Below are positions 39,508-49,249 of a stretch of 64,000 nucleotides of DNA, one piece after another. How positions within the stretch are numbered: the first letter of the stretch is position 1; each line of letters starts with the position of its first letter. The DNA comes from an uncultured archaeon (GTDB taxonomy: Archaea; Thermoplasmatota; Thermoplasmata; Thermoplasmatales; Thermoplasmataceae): positions 1,184,001-1,248,000 of the forward strand of contig CP009479.1 in the NCBI GenBank assembly GCA_000965745.1, written 5' to 3'. Below the pieces are notes generated by a model. It was not told the origin of the DNA. It ran no database searches and saw nothing but the letters and a program-made list of their open reading frames with translations. The translations under genes were made by a program, and so were the position numbers.

Positions 39508-39608
39508 TAAATCACCATATCTAAATCTTGGAATCACTAATAAGTGTGTTGATTTATGCATTTGCGACATAAAAACAATGAAGAATGTAATTGCTTCTCT
39601 ATGCCCAT

Positions 39609-40568
39609 TTACCTATTCTTCAGCAGATACTCGGCAAAGTACGTTATTATGATGTCTGCACCTGCCCTGAATATTGAGACAATCGACTCCTCTATTACTT
39701 CGTCTTTCAGCAGGCCATCTTTCACTGCTCCCATTATCATGCTGTATTCGCCACTGACATTATAGGCTGCAATGGGGAGCTCAAACTTCTGCCTCGACAG
39801 AGAAATGATGTCAAGGTAGAAGAGTGCAGGCTTGACCATGAGGATGTCCGCACCCTCTTTCTCATCCTCCTCCATCTCCCTGAGGGCTTCCCTGGAGTTC
39901 CTGAAGTCCATCTGGTAGCCCCTCCTGTCTCCCGACCCCGGTTTTGAGTCAGCTGCCTCCCTAAACGGGCCGTACAGCGACGTGTGATATTTTGCCCCAT
40001 AAGCCATTATTGCTATTCCACCGTAACCATTTGAATCAAGGGCACTTCTGATCGCACCAACCTGTCCATCCATCATCCCGCTGGGGGCAACCATGTCAAC
40101 TCCGGCTTTAGCATAGCTCACGGCAATCCTTGCGTACACGGGCAGGGTACTGTCGTTGTCTACATTGCGATCCTTGATAATCCCACAATGCCCATGGTCC
40201 GTATATTCACACAGGCAAAGGTCTGCAATCACGTTCATCTGTGTATTGTCCTTGATGAGCCTGATTGCCTTCTGAACAACCCCTTCCTCATCATAGGAAG
40301 AAGACCCTTCGCTATCCTTGTGGGCAGGAACCCCAAAAAGGATAACGGAATTAAGGCCCAGGTCCTCGAGCTCCTTGACGTACGATGAAAGCGACTCAAG
40401 AGAGTGCCTGTAGATGCCTGGCATTGACTTTATTTCCCTCTTTCCCTCCAGGCCTTCTTCAACAAAAACTGGCATAACCAGCTTTTCGTAATTGATCGGC
40501 GTTTCACTGAAGAGTTCCCTCATGTGCTGGCTACTTCGTAGCCTTCTCATTCTCAGAGCCGGAAACAT
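39609..40568 (-). CDS. hemB: Porphobilinogen synthase
   Basis: DLCLCEYTDHGHCG, APSGMMDG, YGPFREA, MVKPAL, AYNVSGEY. Confidence 0.97.
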   Translation of the reverse strand: MFPALRMRRLRSSQHMRELFSETPINYEKLVMPVFVEEGLEGKREIKSMPGIYRHSLESLSSYVKELEDLGLNSVILFGVPAHKDSEGSSSYDEEGVVQKAIRLIKDNTQMNVIADLCLCEYTDHGHCGIIKDRNVDNDSTLPVYARIAVSYAKAGVDMVAPSGMMDGQVGAIRSALDSNGYGGIAIMAYGAKYHTSLYGPFREAADSKPGSGDRRGYQMDFRNSREALREMEEDEKEGADILMVKPALFYLDIISLSRQKFELPIAAYNVSGEYSMIMGAVKDGLLKDEVIEESIVSIFRAGADIIITYFAEYLLKNR

Positions 40569-40621
40569 AAGGGATAAGTTACAGAAATGAATTAAATTTT
40601 GCTGGCAGCCTGCAAGGAACG

Positions 40622-42088
40622 TCAGACTATTTCGTCGAGTTCGACCTCTGGCCAGCGGTCCTTTCCATATTTCGTGCTTGAGATAAACACGCTTCTCTTG
40701 GAAGAATTGAGAAGTACATAACCGCTGAAGTCCCTGAAATGAACAGTAAGGTTGGCGTAGTGGCTAATTTTCTGGTAGTATTCATCATCAGCCACAATGA
40801 CAATGATTCCTGTCATTCTGATGATGTTAATGAGGTTAAGCAGGTCCCCGAAGAAATCATTGCCGTATGTGAACGAGAGGAAATCTGTTGAAAACAGGTA
40901 AACATTTGGCCTGGATGATGATGACATGAAGAAATCTATGACTTCATGCGGAAAATCCTCCACGAGGCTCTTTCCTTCAAGATTTATGACGTATGAACTC
41001 GACCTCTTTGATTTCTCGGCAGTGATGTAGTGTTTCAGCACTTCTGATTCCATGGTGTCAACCATTACCCTGGAAGTTTCATAACTGCTTGAGGTGGCGT
41101 CTATCACTCCCCTCCCTTCCAGCACAGTGCGCCTTATCAGGTTGTTTTTCACAAGATTTACGGCCTGGTCAACAGAAGTTGACTTGTTCACTCTGTGGAA
41201 TATTACCACATAGCCAAGCGGGACCCTGTCAAGATCTTTCTCAACAAGCTTGGAGAAGGAATCGCTTCCAAGCGGGACTTCAAAGGACCTTTCCTCGGCT
41301 TTCACCTTTGTCTTCAGCTTGTTCTCCGGATAGGTCACTGAATCTCTTTCAAACGGGAGGAACCTCCCTTCCTTGAGTGAGTAAAGCCAGACCGGGCTGG
41401 AACCAGTGGACATTCCACGCAGCTTGGCTACTGTCAGTGTCCTGACCAGAAAATCGTCCTTCAGCTGATAATCCATTGACACAACGCCATCGGAGAAATA
41501 TTCCAGCTTCGTGTTGTTCATCTCCTCCATTACAACTATGATATTTGCGCCAGAATTTTCTACAAGATCGGAATGAAGCACCGAGAAAATGGTCGCGGAC
41601 TCAATCCCGTATTTTTCTGAGAGGGCATCAATGGAATCCAGAACAATGATTGGGGAGCTGTTATAATTCTCGTCAACAAAATCGTAGATTGTCTGAATCT
41701 CCGGTACGAGGTCCCTGATATTCAGAACAAGCCCGGTATCGTGCGAGGTCAGCTGGGTTGAAATGTTTCCTTCCTCGATCATCTTCTCAAGCTTTCCCAG
41801 CGAGTCGCTGATGACATTGGTAAAATCACGCTGAGGCAGCCTTGACTCGACTCTCTTGGCCGAATATTCGGGAAGCCATGGGAACTGTTCGGTCAGTGGT
41901 TCATCCGAAAATCTCGCCGAAAGGTACAGAACTGGTGTCTCGTCTCTTACATGATTGAGGAATTCAAGCGCAAAGGTTGTTTTGCCTGCTCCGGGCCTTC
42001 CCTTAACTACAAGGGATTTACCGTAGTTCTGACGAAAAAACGTCTTCAGCATATCTAGCAGGTTATTATTTCCCATTTGCGCTTTCAC
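40622..42088 (-). CDS. KaiC/RAD55/GvpD-like P-loop ATPase (intact N-domain, degenerate C-domain)
   Basis: GRPGAGKTT Walker A, IVLDSID Walker B, EY..DGVV, KLRG. Confidence 0.8.
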   Translation of the reverse strand: MKAQMGNNNLLDMLKTFFRQNYGKSLVVKGRPGAGKTTFALEFLNHVRDETPVLYLSARFSDEPLTEQFPWLPEYSAKRVESRLPQRDFTNVISDSLGKLEKMIEEGNISTQLTSHDTGLVLNIRDLVPEIQTIYDFVDENYNSSPIIVLDSIDALSEKYGIESATIFSVLHSDLVENSGANIIVVMEEMNNTKLEYFSDGVVSMDYQLKDDFLVRTLTVAKLRGMSTGSSPVWLYSLKEGRFLPFERDSVTYPENKLKTKVKAEERSFEVPLGSDSFSKLVEKDLDRVPLGYVVIFHRVNKSTSVDQAVNLVKNNLIRRTVLEGRGVIDATSSSYETSRVMVDTMESEVLKHYITAEKSKRSSSYVINLEGKSLVEDFPHEVIDFFMSSSSRPNVYLFSTDFLSFTYGNDFFGDLLNLINIIRMTGIIVIVADDEYYQKISHYANLTVHFRDFSGYVLLNSSKRSVFISSTKYGKDRWPEVELDEIV

Positions 42089-42091
42089 ACT

Positions 42092-42955
42092 CTACGTTAA
42101 GTCACGGATGGATGAGGGATTCCATTCTACGGCAAATCTGGTGATCTGTCCGAAGCGGATATGATCCATGGCTTGATCACTAAAGGTCAAAAGTAGATAG
42201 ATATTTCGCTCAATCGCAAGACTTTTCACCTGTTCGAAAGCTCTGGCAACATCATAAAAATCATGGTATACTATAAGCAGATCGAACACGTCAATAAAAA
42301 CGACGGTGCTGTTGTTTTCAACTATCCGCTTTACAATCGAATCCATGATGTATGTCAGGTTAACCGGCCTGTTCCTCTGTGCACCTATTGAATCAGTAAC
42401 CCAGAGAAAATTGTTGTCGTTGAGGAGGTCCGGCAATTCATGGCGCATGTTGAACCTTGAGGCGACAAAAATCTTGCTTTTGTCTATTGTGTCTGAAAAC
42501 ATCAGCGAAAAGAAGGTCCTCGCATTCTCAGGCTTTGTGTAGTATATCACTCCAGGATAAAGCCCGTTCTTTCCCAGGTATACGGTGGTGTTGTTTATCA
42601 TCCTGAGTTTCCTGACTGTGTAGCTAGTAAGTGCCTGCCTAAGGTATTTCCTTGAAGTCTCAAGGTCATTAGGGTCAATTATAACAATTTCAGCGGTGTA
42701 CCTGATCCTCTCATCGATCTCAGGATCATGGTTCGACATTACAATCAAGAGATAGTCCCTCTTCTCCTGGAGGAAGTATTCTTCTACATCCTTGGGCATC
42801 CCGGAATTAAGGTAGAGCACTATCGATGTAGGCTTTATGTCTTCTATGACTTTGGAGGAAAAGTTTTCGATTAGCTTATACTCAATTCCAGTCGGTCTCA
42901 GTAATTTTTCGAACAACCCATCACTGTCCCCTGACTGGTCGTATATAACTATCAT
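42092..42955 (-). CDS. Receiver-like domain + DUF835 (inactive KaiC-like) protein
   Basis: N-terminal flavodoxin-like alternation; C-terminal FLWVTD...P.NL, VFID..DLL..Y.DF. Confidence 0.7.
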   Translation of the reverse strand: MIVIYDQSGDSDGLFEKLLRPTGIEYKLIENFSSKVIEDIKPTSIVLYLNSGMPKDVEEYFLQEKRDYLLIVMSNHDPEIDERIRYTAEIVIIDPNDLETSRKYLRQALTSYTVRKLRMINNTTVYLGKNGLYPGVIYYTKPENARTFFSLMFSDTIDKSKIFVASRFNMRHELPDLLNDNNFLWVTDSIGAQRNRPVNLTYIMDSIVKRIVENNSTVVFIDVFDLLIVYHDFYDVARAFEQVKSLAIERNIYLLLTFSDQAMDHIRFGQITRFAVEWNPSSIRDLT

Positions 42956-43110
42956 TCGAATTATAAAATCCTGAAGATTATTTAATCTTTCGTGTAATAG
43001 GTTAGATGTAATTTCGCTTTGAACTCAGATTTTATATCGGAAGACCATGCGGGTTGACCTGAGGGTAATACTGAGGAGTACGACAATATTTTTAGCTTGT
43101 AACCCATTTC

Positions 43111-44085
43111 ATGCACATGGCCAGACGCAAGATTTCAGTTATAGGTGCTGGAAATGTTGGTGCTTCACTTGCACAGTTTCTTGCAGTGAGAGAATTGGGA
43201 GACATTTACCTTTTTGACGTTGTTGATGGCGTCCCTGAAGGAAAAGCTCTTGACATGAGAGAGGGTGCCCCTCATTGGGGATACGATTCTGCAGTTGTTG
43301 GGTTCACAACAACCGACAAGGATGCATACAAGCACCTCGCAGGGTCCGATGTTATAGTTGTAACGGCAGGACTGGCCAGAAAGCCCGGAATGAGCAGGGA
43401 CGATCTTCTCAACAAGAACCTCCAGATCATGAAGGATGTTGGAGAGAACATAAAGAAGCATGCCCCTGATGCAGTTATTGTCGTTGTCTCAAACCCTGCG
43501 GACATAATGGCCTATGCCCTTCAGAAGATAACAGGTGCCGACCCGTCCAAAGTAATGGGTCTTGGCGGAGCTCTTGACAGTGCAAGGTTCAGGACATTCC
43601 TGGCAATGGAACTGGGCGTCTCTGTCGAGGACGTCAATGCATTCGTGATAGGCGGACACGGAGACGACATGGTTCCCTTCATCAGGTATTCAAGCGTTGC
43701 AGGAATACCGATATCCAACCTTCTGAGCAAGGAAAAAATCGAAGAAATAGTCAAGAGGACAAGGTTCGGCGGCGGAGAAATCGTCAATTTCCTCAAGACA
43801 GGAAGCGCTTTCTATGCTCCAGGGGCATCAATCAGGGCTATGGTGGAATCTGTCATACTGGACAAGAAGAGGGTAATTCCCTGCGCAGCCCACCTCACAG
43901 GAACACACGGGAAACACTATGGTGCAGACGGACTCTTTATCGGGGTTCCAATCAAAATCGGGGCAGATGGCGTTGAACATATCTACGACATGGATTTTAA
44001 CGCAGAGGAAAAAGAGCTTTGGGACAAGACAGCCGCCTCGGTGCGCGAAAACGCACAGAAAGTGGACAGGTTTTTGTCCCAATAA
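43111..44085 (+). CDS. mdh: Malate dehydrogenase (LDH-like)
   Basis: IGAGNVG, TAGLARKPGMSRDDL, LDSARF, GGHGD, RTRFGGGEIV. Confidence 0.96.
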   Translation: MHMARRKISVIGAGNVGASLAQFLAVRELGDIYLFDVVDGVPEGKALDMREGAPHWGYDSAVVGFTTTDKDAYKHLAGSDVIVVTAGLARKPGMSRDDLLNKNLQIMKDVGENIKKHAPDAVIVVVSNPADIMAYALQKITGADPSKVMGLGGALDSARFRTFLAMELGVSVEDVNAFVIGGHGDDMVPFIRYSSVAGIPISNLLSKEKIEEIVKRTRFGGGEIVNFLKTGSAFYAPGASIRAMVESVILDKKRVIPCAAHLTGTHGKHYGADGLFIGVPIKIGADGVEHIYDMDFNAEEKELWDKTAASVRENAQKVDRFLSQ

Positions 44086-44088
44086 ACC

Positions 44089-44802
44089 CTATTTTTTTAC
44101 ATTTTTCAGAAATTCAGAGTAGAATTCAGGATATTCCTCATAGCTGATTGGGTCGGGATAGCCTGCATCCATGAAACCTTTAAGCCTCAGCAGGCAGGAA
44201 TCGCATCTTCCGCAAGCCCTTTCGTTTCCATTGTAACAGGAGGAAGTGTGCTCGTATGGGACATTCAGGCCCATGCCCATCTTTATTATATCGGATTTTG
44301 AAAGGTACTGGAGCGGGGCCTCAATGGTCATCCATTTCTTCTTTCCATCTCCTGTCCCAAGGTTAAGTGCCTTTTCCATGGCGCTGATGAACTCCGGCCT
44401 GCAGTCCGGGTATCCTGAATAGTCGACTGCATTTACACCTATGTACACCGCTTCGCCTCCAATTGTCTCAAGGAAGCCTGCCGCCAGTGAAAGGAAAATG
44501 GTATTTCTTGCAGGAACATACGAAGTGGGTATGCCATCCGCGATCTCATCAACGCTTCTCGTTGCTACAGGGATATCATCGGTAAGGGAACTTCCTCCTA
44601 TCTGGGTGAGGTCAACATCTATTATCTTGTGCCTGACCCCATAATGATCTGCTATCTTTCTTGAGGATTCCACCTCCATTGAATGCCTCTGCCCGTACCT
44701 GAAACTCAGCGCATGAACATCCAACCCCCTGCTGAGGGCGTATCCTATAACCGTGGTTGAGTCAAGCCCTCCGGAAAGGAGGCATACAACCTTCTTACTC
44801 GT
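44089..44802 (-). CDS. queC: 7-cyano-7-deazaguanine synthase (start apparently ACG)
   Basis: In-frame N-terminus (T)SKKVVCLLSGGLDSTT upstream of the TTG 44724 start; YVPARN, YPDCR, SCY, CGRCDSC. Confidence 0.93.
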   Translation of the reverse strand, partial: TSKKVVCLLSGGLDSTTVIGYALSRGLDVHALSFRYGQRHSMEVESSRKIADHYGVRHKIIDVDLTQIGGSSLTDDIPVATRSVDEIADGIPTSYVPARNTIFLSLAAGFLETIGGEAVYIGVNAVDYSGYPDCRPEFISAMEKALNLGTGDGKKKWMTIEAPLQYLSKSDIIKMGMGLNVPYEHTSSCYNGNERACGRCDSCLLRLKGFMDAGYPDPISYEEYPEFYSEFLKNVKK

Positions 44803-45271
44803 TTAAATCAATCTCCACAAAGGATCCCTGGCCGGGCCCTTCTTCAATGGAAACCTCCATGGCGGTGAGGTTGGGCCTGGAACCTAGGTTCATGGCTATC
44901 TTCCTTCCAACGTAGTATGACAGTTCCTCGCTCGATGTCACTTCAACATCGCATACATGAACGTCCCTTTCAACAGCAACAATCCTCTTGTCTTCATACC
45001 GGACCTCGACCTCACCATTCTCTACTTTGTAAACAGCCTCACTGCTGTTCCCGGGAATGAGAAGCTTGTGATCAAGCTCGGAAATGGCATCTCTCATAGC
45101 TTTCTTGAGATCGGTAAAATCTATCAGGATGCCCTTGACCTTCTCGCCATGTAGCCTGATCTTTACGCCATAATCATGCCCGTGAATTCGTGAGCATTTG
45201 CCCAGCTTCGGTATAAAATGGGCGGAGGAGAACCTGATATTTGCACTCCAGCCATCAACGTGAATTTCCAT
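44795..45271 (-). CDS. queD: 6-carboxytetrahydropterin synthase
   Basis: FSSAH, C.RIHGHDY, DF..LK, LDHK, S.EEL. Confidence 0.9.
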   Translation of the reverse strand: MEIHVDGWSANIRFSSAHFIPKLGKCSRIHGHDYGVKIRLHGEKVKGILIDFTDLKKAMRDAISELDHKLLIPGNSSEAVYKVENGEVEVRYEDKRIVAVERDVHVCDVEVTSSEELSYYVGRKIAMNLGSRPNLTAMEVSIEEGPGQGSFVEIDLNE

Positions 45272-45319
45272 ATGTCAGGAAATAACTAATCCGGTTATAA
45301 CTCTTAAGGAGTGTAGAGA

Positions 45320-45592
45320 TCACCCCTTCTTCATTTTTCCGGCAACCCTGCCTATATAGATCGTTATTACAACTGCGATTACTGTTACTATGACTGCATA
45401 GAGTACCATGGCTAACAGGTCGCTGCTGCTTCCAAATATAACTGAGAATATTTTGAGGATGGCGGAGTTCCACGCAAGTGCTGCAACAAGCCCGAATGCT
45501 GATGTTATAAGTGTGGCCAATTTCTCTATGGATTCACGCTTGATCTCTTCAAAAGAATTGGTCTTCTTTTCCTCTCCTTCCGGCTCGGTCAT
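45320..45592 (-). CDS. Small two-TM protein (DUF5654-like)
   Basis: LITSAFGLVAALAWN.AI, YA.IVT..AV. Confidence 0.8.
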   Translation of the reverse strand: MTEPEGEEKKTNSFEEIKRESIEKLATLITSAFGLVAALAWNSAILKIFSVIFGSSSDLLAMVLYAVIVTVIAVVITIYIGRVAGKMKKG

Positions 45593-45822
45593 GTGACCAC
45601 ATAAATCTAGTGAAGTGATATATATAAAGATGATACCGCTATGTTTTCATCTGTTCAGGAAGCTCCAACTAAAGCCCACAATTGAAAGCCACCCGCTGTG
45701 CATTTATAAACTCAACCATTAGCCTACCAGGTGTATCTGTTTCTTTACGCATCAACCCTAAGAATCTTATTATATGTGGTAAAACGATTAGGGATAGGCT
45801 TGACATAAGCCCTGTGGTTTCG

Positions 45823-45897
45823 GGGCGCGTGGCCCAGTCTGGATAAGGCAACAGCCTCCTAAGCTGTGGATCGGGGGTTCGAATCCCCTCGCGCCCG
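45823..45897 (+). tRNA. tRNA-Arg(CCT)
   Basis: GGGCGCG acceptor stem; ACAGC-CTCCTAA-GCTGT anticodon arm; GGGGG-TTCGAAT-CCCCT T-arm; upstream TTATTATA box. Confidence 0.96.
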
Positions 45898-45958
45898 CTT
45901 CGTTCTGTTTTCTTGCAATGCCCCTTTCGACTGCCACTATCTTTCCACAGAACATAAC

Positions 45959-46243
45959 TTATTTGATGGAAAATTGAGCCTCATCTGAGTTGAAGCCTGT
46001 TAGGGTTTCCACATTCTGCAGTCCTGATTCCGTACTTTTCATAGAATACTTCAGGGCGGCCAAATCACTCGGGAACTCAATTACTTCAATTATATCGTAT
46101 CTCCCAAGCGTCATGAAAGCTTCTTTGCTCTTTCCACCAAGGCTCTTTATAAGCTCTGACAGTTCCTTACTATTCTCTTTGACAAGGTCCAAGTTGGATT
46201 TCCCCTTCTCTGTAAGGGTCACCAAAAACACATAAACAGGCAT
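45959..46243 (-). CDS. GYD domain protein
   Basis: MP.Y..L..LT..G, GG......TLGRYD....E.P, ETL. Confidence 0.85.
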   Translation of the reverse strand: MPVYVFLVTLTEKGKSNLDLVKENSKELSELIKSLGGKSKEAFMTLGRYDIIEVIEFPSDLAALKYSMKSTESGLQNVETLTGFNSDEAQFSIK

Positions 46244-46371
46244 GCCAAATTTAACCACTCTGGGCTTAAATACGCTATGGATTAATCTTAAAGCATCAAT
46301 ATGCAATTTGGATGCGAAACCTCTCGCCGCCATATCTGTCCGTATTATCTGCCCAAAGAACTGGAAAGCTG

Positions 46372-46391
46372 TGCGCCCACCAGGACTTGAA
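46372..46391 (-). other. tRNA 3'-end-like fragment (TTCAAGTCCTGGTGGGCGCA)
   Basis: T-loop, T-stem 3' strand and acceptor 3' strand without the rest of a tRNA. Confidence 0.4.
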
Positions 46392-46607
46392 ACTCAACAG
46401 TTGAAAAACCTTTAATTGGGATGCAACCTCTTAACAGCTAAACTTTGGAAAGATTCATGCCCTCTCCGGACTGCCATATTCCTGATCTCACTATTGTCAA
46501 AATTCTGGAGGGTATTTAATTTCACAGAACCTTTTCTATTTGGAACATGAAACGGAAATTGCAAAATACAGCTCCCAGAATGAGCATAAAGGATTCAAAA
46601 AATTATG

Positions 46608-47357
46608 TTACTGCTCCATTCTTGGAGCAAGCAGGAAAACGCCTGATATATGTTTCTCAGCATTCCCCTTTCCCTGATTGAGCGTAAACTCTATGGTCAG
46701 GGGGTAGTCGTCCTTGAAGCTCATCTTCATCTCGTCGGCGGATGCGAGTGATTTTACCAGCTTGAGCAAGTACTCAAGAGGATATGAGCTCTTTACCGGT
46801 CCCTTGCAGAATATCTCCTTCAGCATGTCTTTTGGAAGTACCATTTCGGACTCTTCAGAATCGGACATGGACCGTGCCTTGAAATCGGAATCCGTGAGTG
46901 TAAGCCTGATGGCATCAGACACATCCTCTGCCGCCCTGAGCCCCTTCTCAAGATCGGACTTGCCCAAGACAACAAAGTACTCTGAGCTTATCTGCGGGAT
47001 CCTTGGAGTGGTAACAGAATTGTTGTCCAGGAGAGAGATGCTCTTTACAATGTTGCCTATCTCAAACTTCAGTTTCTCCTTCTCCTTTGAAATGGTGACA
47101 AGATCACTGGAACTGGCCAGCTTGATTACCGCCTTGAGCCTCTCAACATCCAGTGATATCTCTTCTTCCTCGTCCACCTGAAACTCGTTGAATATATCTT
47201 TGGGCAGGTCTATACTTATCATTGCCACGTGTGCAGGGTCCACTGCCTTTACAGAGATCCCTGTCTTATCAAGCTTGAATTTGGCCTCCGTAACGACTGT
47301 ATTTAGAAGGTCGGCCACCTCCTTCAGGTTCTTAACAGAAATACTAATTCTCATCAT
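46608..47357 (-). CDS. pcn: DNA polymerase sliding clamp PCNA
   Basis: AVDPAHVAM, S.Y.LEYL, DYPL, FLLAPR. Confidence 0.96.
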   Translation of the reverse strand: MMRISISVKNLKEVADLLNTVVTEAKFKLDKTGISVKAVDPAHVAMISIDLPKDIFNEFQVDEEEEISLDVERLKAVIKLASSSDLVTISKEKEKLKFEIGNIVKSISLLDNNSVTTPRIPQISSEYFVVLGKSDLEKGLRAAEDVSDAIRLTLTDSDFKARSMSDSEESEMVLPKDMLKEIFCKGPVKSSYPLEYLLKLVKSLASADEMKMSFKDDYPLTIEFTLNQGKGNAEKHISGVFLLAPRMEQ

Positions 47358-47504
47358 TCGATCAACCTTTGACTATGTGAGTTAAGAGTTATGGATAATC
47401 AATTAGAACGTAATTAATACTTTTCATAGCCTCATCGCAAAGCCCGCGTCCGCACTATCCCGAGGGGATATTATACACCTCATTCAATCAAAATCCAGGG
47501 ACGT

Positions 47505-48125
47505 TCAGACCTTTATCAGCTTGAGTGCATACGAGGTGAACGGGTCAAGTATCAGCTCTCCATTTGCAGTCTCAACAGTCACATCACCGTCGTTAAGCAA
47601 TTCCACTGAAGCTCCAGGGAAAGCCGACACTGAGGACATCTCTCTCAGCAGCTTCCTGTCCTCGAAAGATACCCTGTTCAGTGTGTATTTGCCTGGCTCA
47701 GCGAGTGATGCCGAAACCTCCTTCTTTCTTTCGGATGGGTTTACGGGATTTCCGTGAGGGCATGTCTCCGGCCTGCCAATATTCTTGAAGAGCTTCTCTC
47801 CCTTATCCCCGTGGAAAAGGTGCTCCAGCTCCATGACAGATGAATGCGAGTCCTCCCATGGTATTTCCAGGAACTTGTATGCGAATACCTCAACTATCCT
47901 GTGTTCCCTGACCATTGGCATCACTTTCCTGTATCCCCTGGAAGTGAAGTTAACATCCCTCCCCCTCTTGACGAGCAGCCCGTCATCCACGAGCTTTGAC
48001 ACGTATTCTGAGGCGGTGGGAGCAGAAATCTTGAGCCTTCTGGCTATGTCTTTTTCCGAGACCCTTCCTATGGTCTCTATAAACTCCCATGTAACCAGCA
48101 GGTAATCTTCTTTATTATTGGCCAT
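47505..48125 (-). CDS. DtxR/MntR family metal-dependent regulator
   Basis: EDYL, DIA..L.IS.PT, REHRIVE.F, ELEH, CPHGNP, FeoA-like C-terminus. Confidence 0.92.
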   Translation of the reverse strand: MANNKEDYLLVTWEFIETIGRVSEKDIARRLKISAPTASEYVSKLVDDGLLVKRGRDVNFTSRGYRKVMPMVREHRIVEVFAYKFLEIPWEDSHSSVMELEHLFHGDKGEKLFKNIGRPETCPHGNPVNPSERKKEVSASLAEPGKYTLNRVSFEDRKLLREMSSVSAFPGASVELLNDGDVTVETANGELILDPFTSYALKLIKV

Positions 48126-48272
48126 TAACGGCTTTAAATAGGGTTTTTATAGTTAAACATTTCCCATCATTCCGATGCAGATCACACCATGGATATACTC
48201 CGTGACATGGGCCAGCTCATTCAAGCCCGGTTAACTCATCACGATTTAATACTTCAAGTCGATATTCTTTTC

Positions 48273-48980
48273 ATGGAGATTGTATTTCTCGGAAACTGGT
48301 CGGCAAGACTTGCTCCCGGGAAAGTAAACACATCATTCGTGATAGACGGGAAGATTGCCTGTGACTTCGGACCTGGCTCTCTTCAGTCCATGATTGAGAA
48401 GGGCCTTGACCCCAACGGCCTGGAACAGGTGCTCATATCCCACATGCATTATGATCACTTCGCGGGATTGACGGGCCTGCTCTGGTACAGGGCCATGTCC
48501 GGTACTGAGGAAGAGTTGCTGATAACCGGCCCCGATGGCATTGAGAAAACATCAAAAGACTTGCTGGAATCATATCGGACGCCTCATGGCTTTCACATCT
48601 ACGCCTCATTCGAGAAAAAATCAAATGATGACATCCAAATCATCTCTGGAGACCACACAATCCCCAACAATGGTTACAGGATACACTACAACGGCAGGAC
48701 GGTATTCTATACAGGCGACACTGCTTTCAGCGAATTGATTGTAAAAGGGGCTGAGAACGTTGATCTTCTTATTCATGAAATGACCTACACTGACGATCTG
48801 AGAATAGAAGCAGAACTGTGGAGGCACTCAACGGTTTCGGATGTAATGTCTACATTCACCGAAAGCAGTGCCAAAAGGCTTGTCCCTGTCCATCTTACCG
48901 CTGAAACCCTTAAGGCGATCCCGGCACTACAGAGAAAGAACGACCAGCTCTTCCTCCCTGAGGGCAGCATACTCCTGTAA
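48273..48980 (+). CDS. RNase Z-like metallo-beta-lactamase hydrolase
   Basis: DFGPG, SHMHYDH, YTGDT, LIHE.T, HST, VHL. Confidence 0.88.
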   Translation: MEIVFLGNWSARLAPGKVNTSFVIDGKIACDFGPGSLQSMIEKGLDPNGLEQVLISHMHYDHFAGLTGLLWYRAMSGTEEELLITGPDGIEKTSKDLLESYRTPHGFHIYASFEKKSNDDIQIISGDHTIPNNGYRIHYNGRTVFYTGDTAFSELIVKGAENVDLLIHEMTYTDDLRIEAELWRHSTVSDVMSTFTESSAKRLVPVHLTAETLKAIPALQRKNDQLFLPEGSILL

Positions 48981-49249
48981 GCCCGAAGCATGGGGCCCAT
49001 GGAAAACAGATCAACGGAAAAGAGTACAAGTGCCTGTTTTTCCAAGCACATCGTCACAACGGTTAAATACTACGAAAGTATACATGCTTGATAATGTCAC
49101 GCCTGCCTAACAGAAAAAGTATAATTGCAGTTGAAGGGCCTTCCAGGGCTCAAATGAATTTGGAACCAAATGCAGTTATAAGGTCTGAATTTTTTGGCAG
49201 TGATGTTTTCTATTATCGTTTTGCACCTTTCTAAGGGAGCTGAATTAAT

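Noticed and set aside
40622-42088. Gas vesicle locus
   Set aside because: Only a GvpD-like ATPase; no gvpA or other structural genes in the window
45669-45851. Short ORF (likewise 53778-53996)
   Set aside because: Overlaps a tRNA gene and its promoter; no coding signature
47420-47500. GC-rich intergenic hairpin as a possible C/D box sRNA
   Set aside because: No convincing RUGAUGA/CUGA box pair
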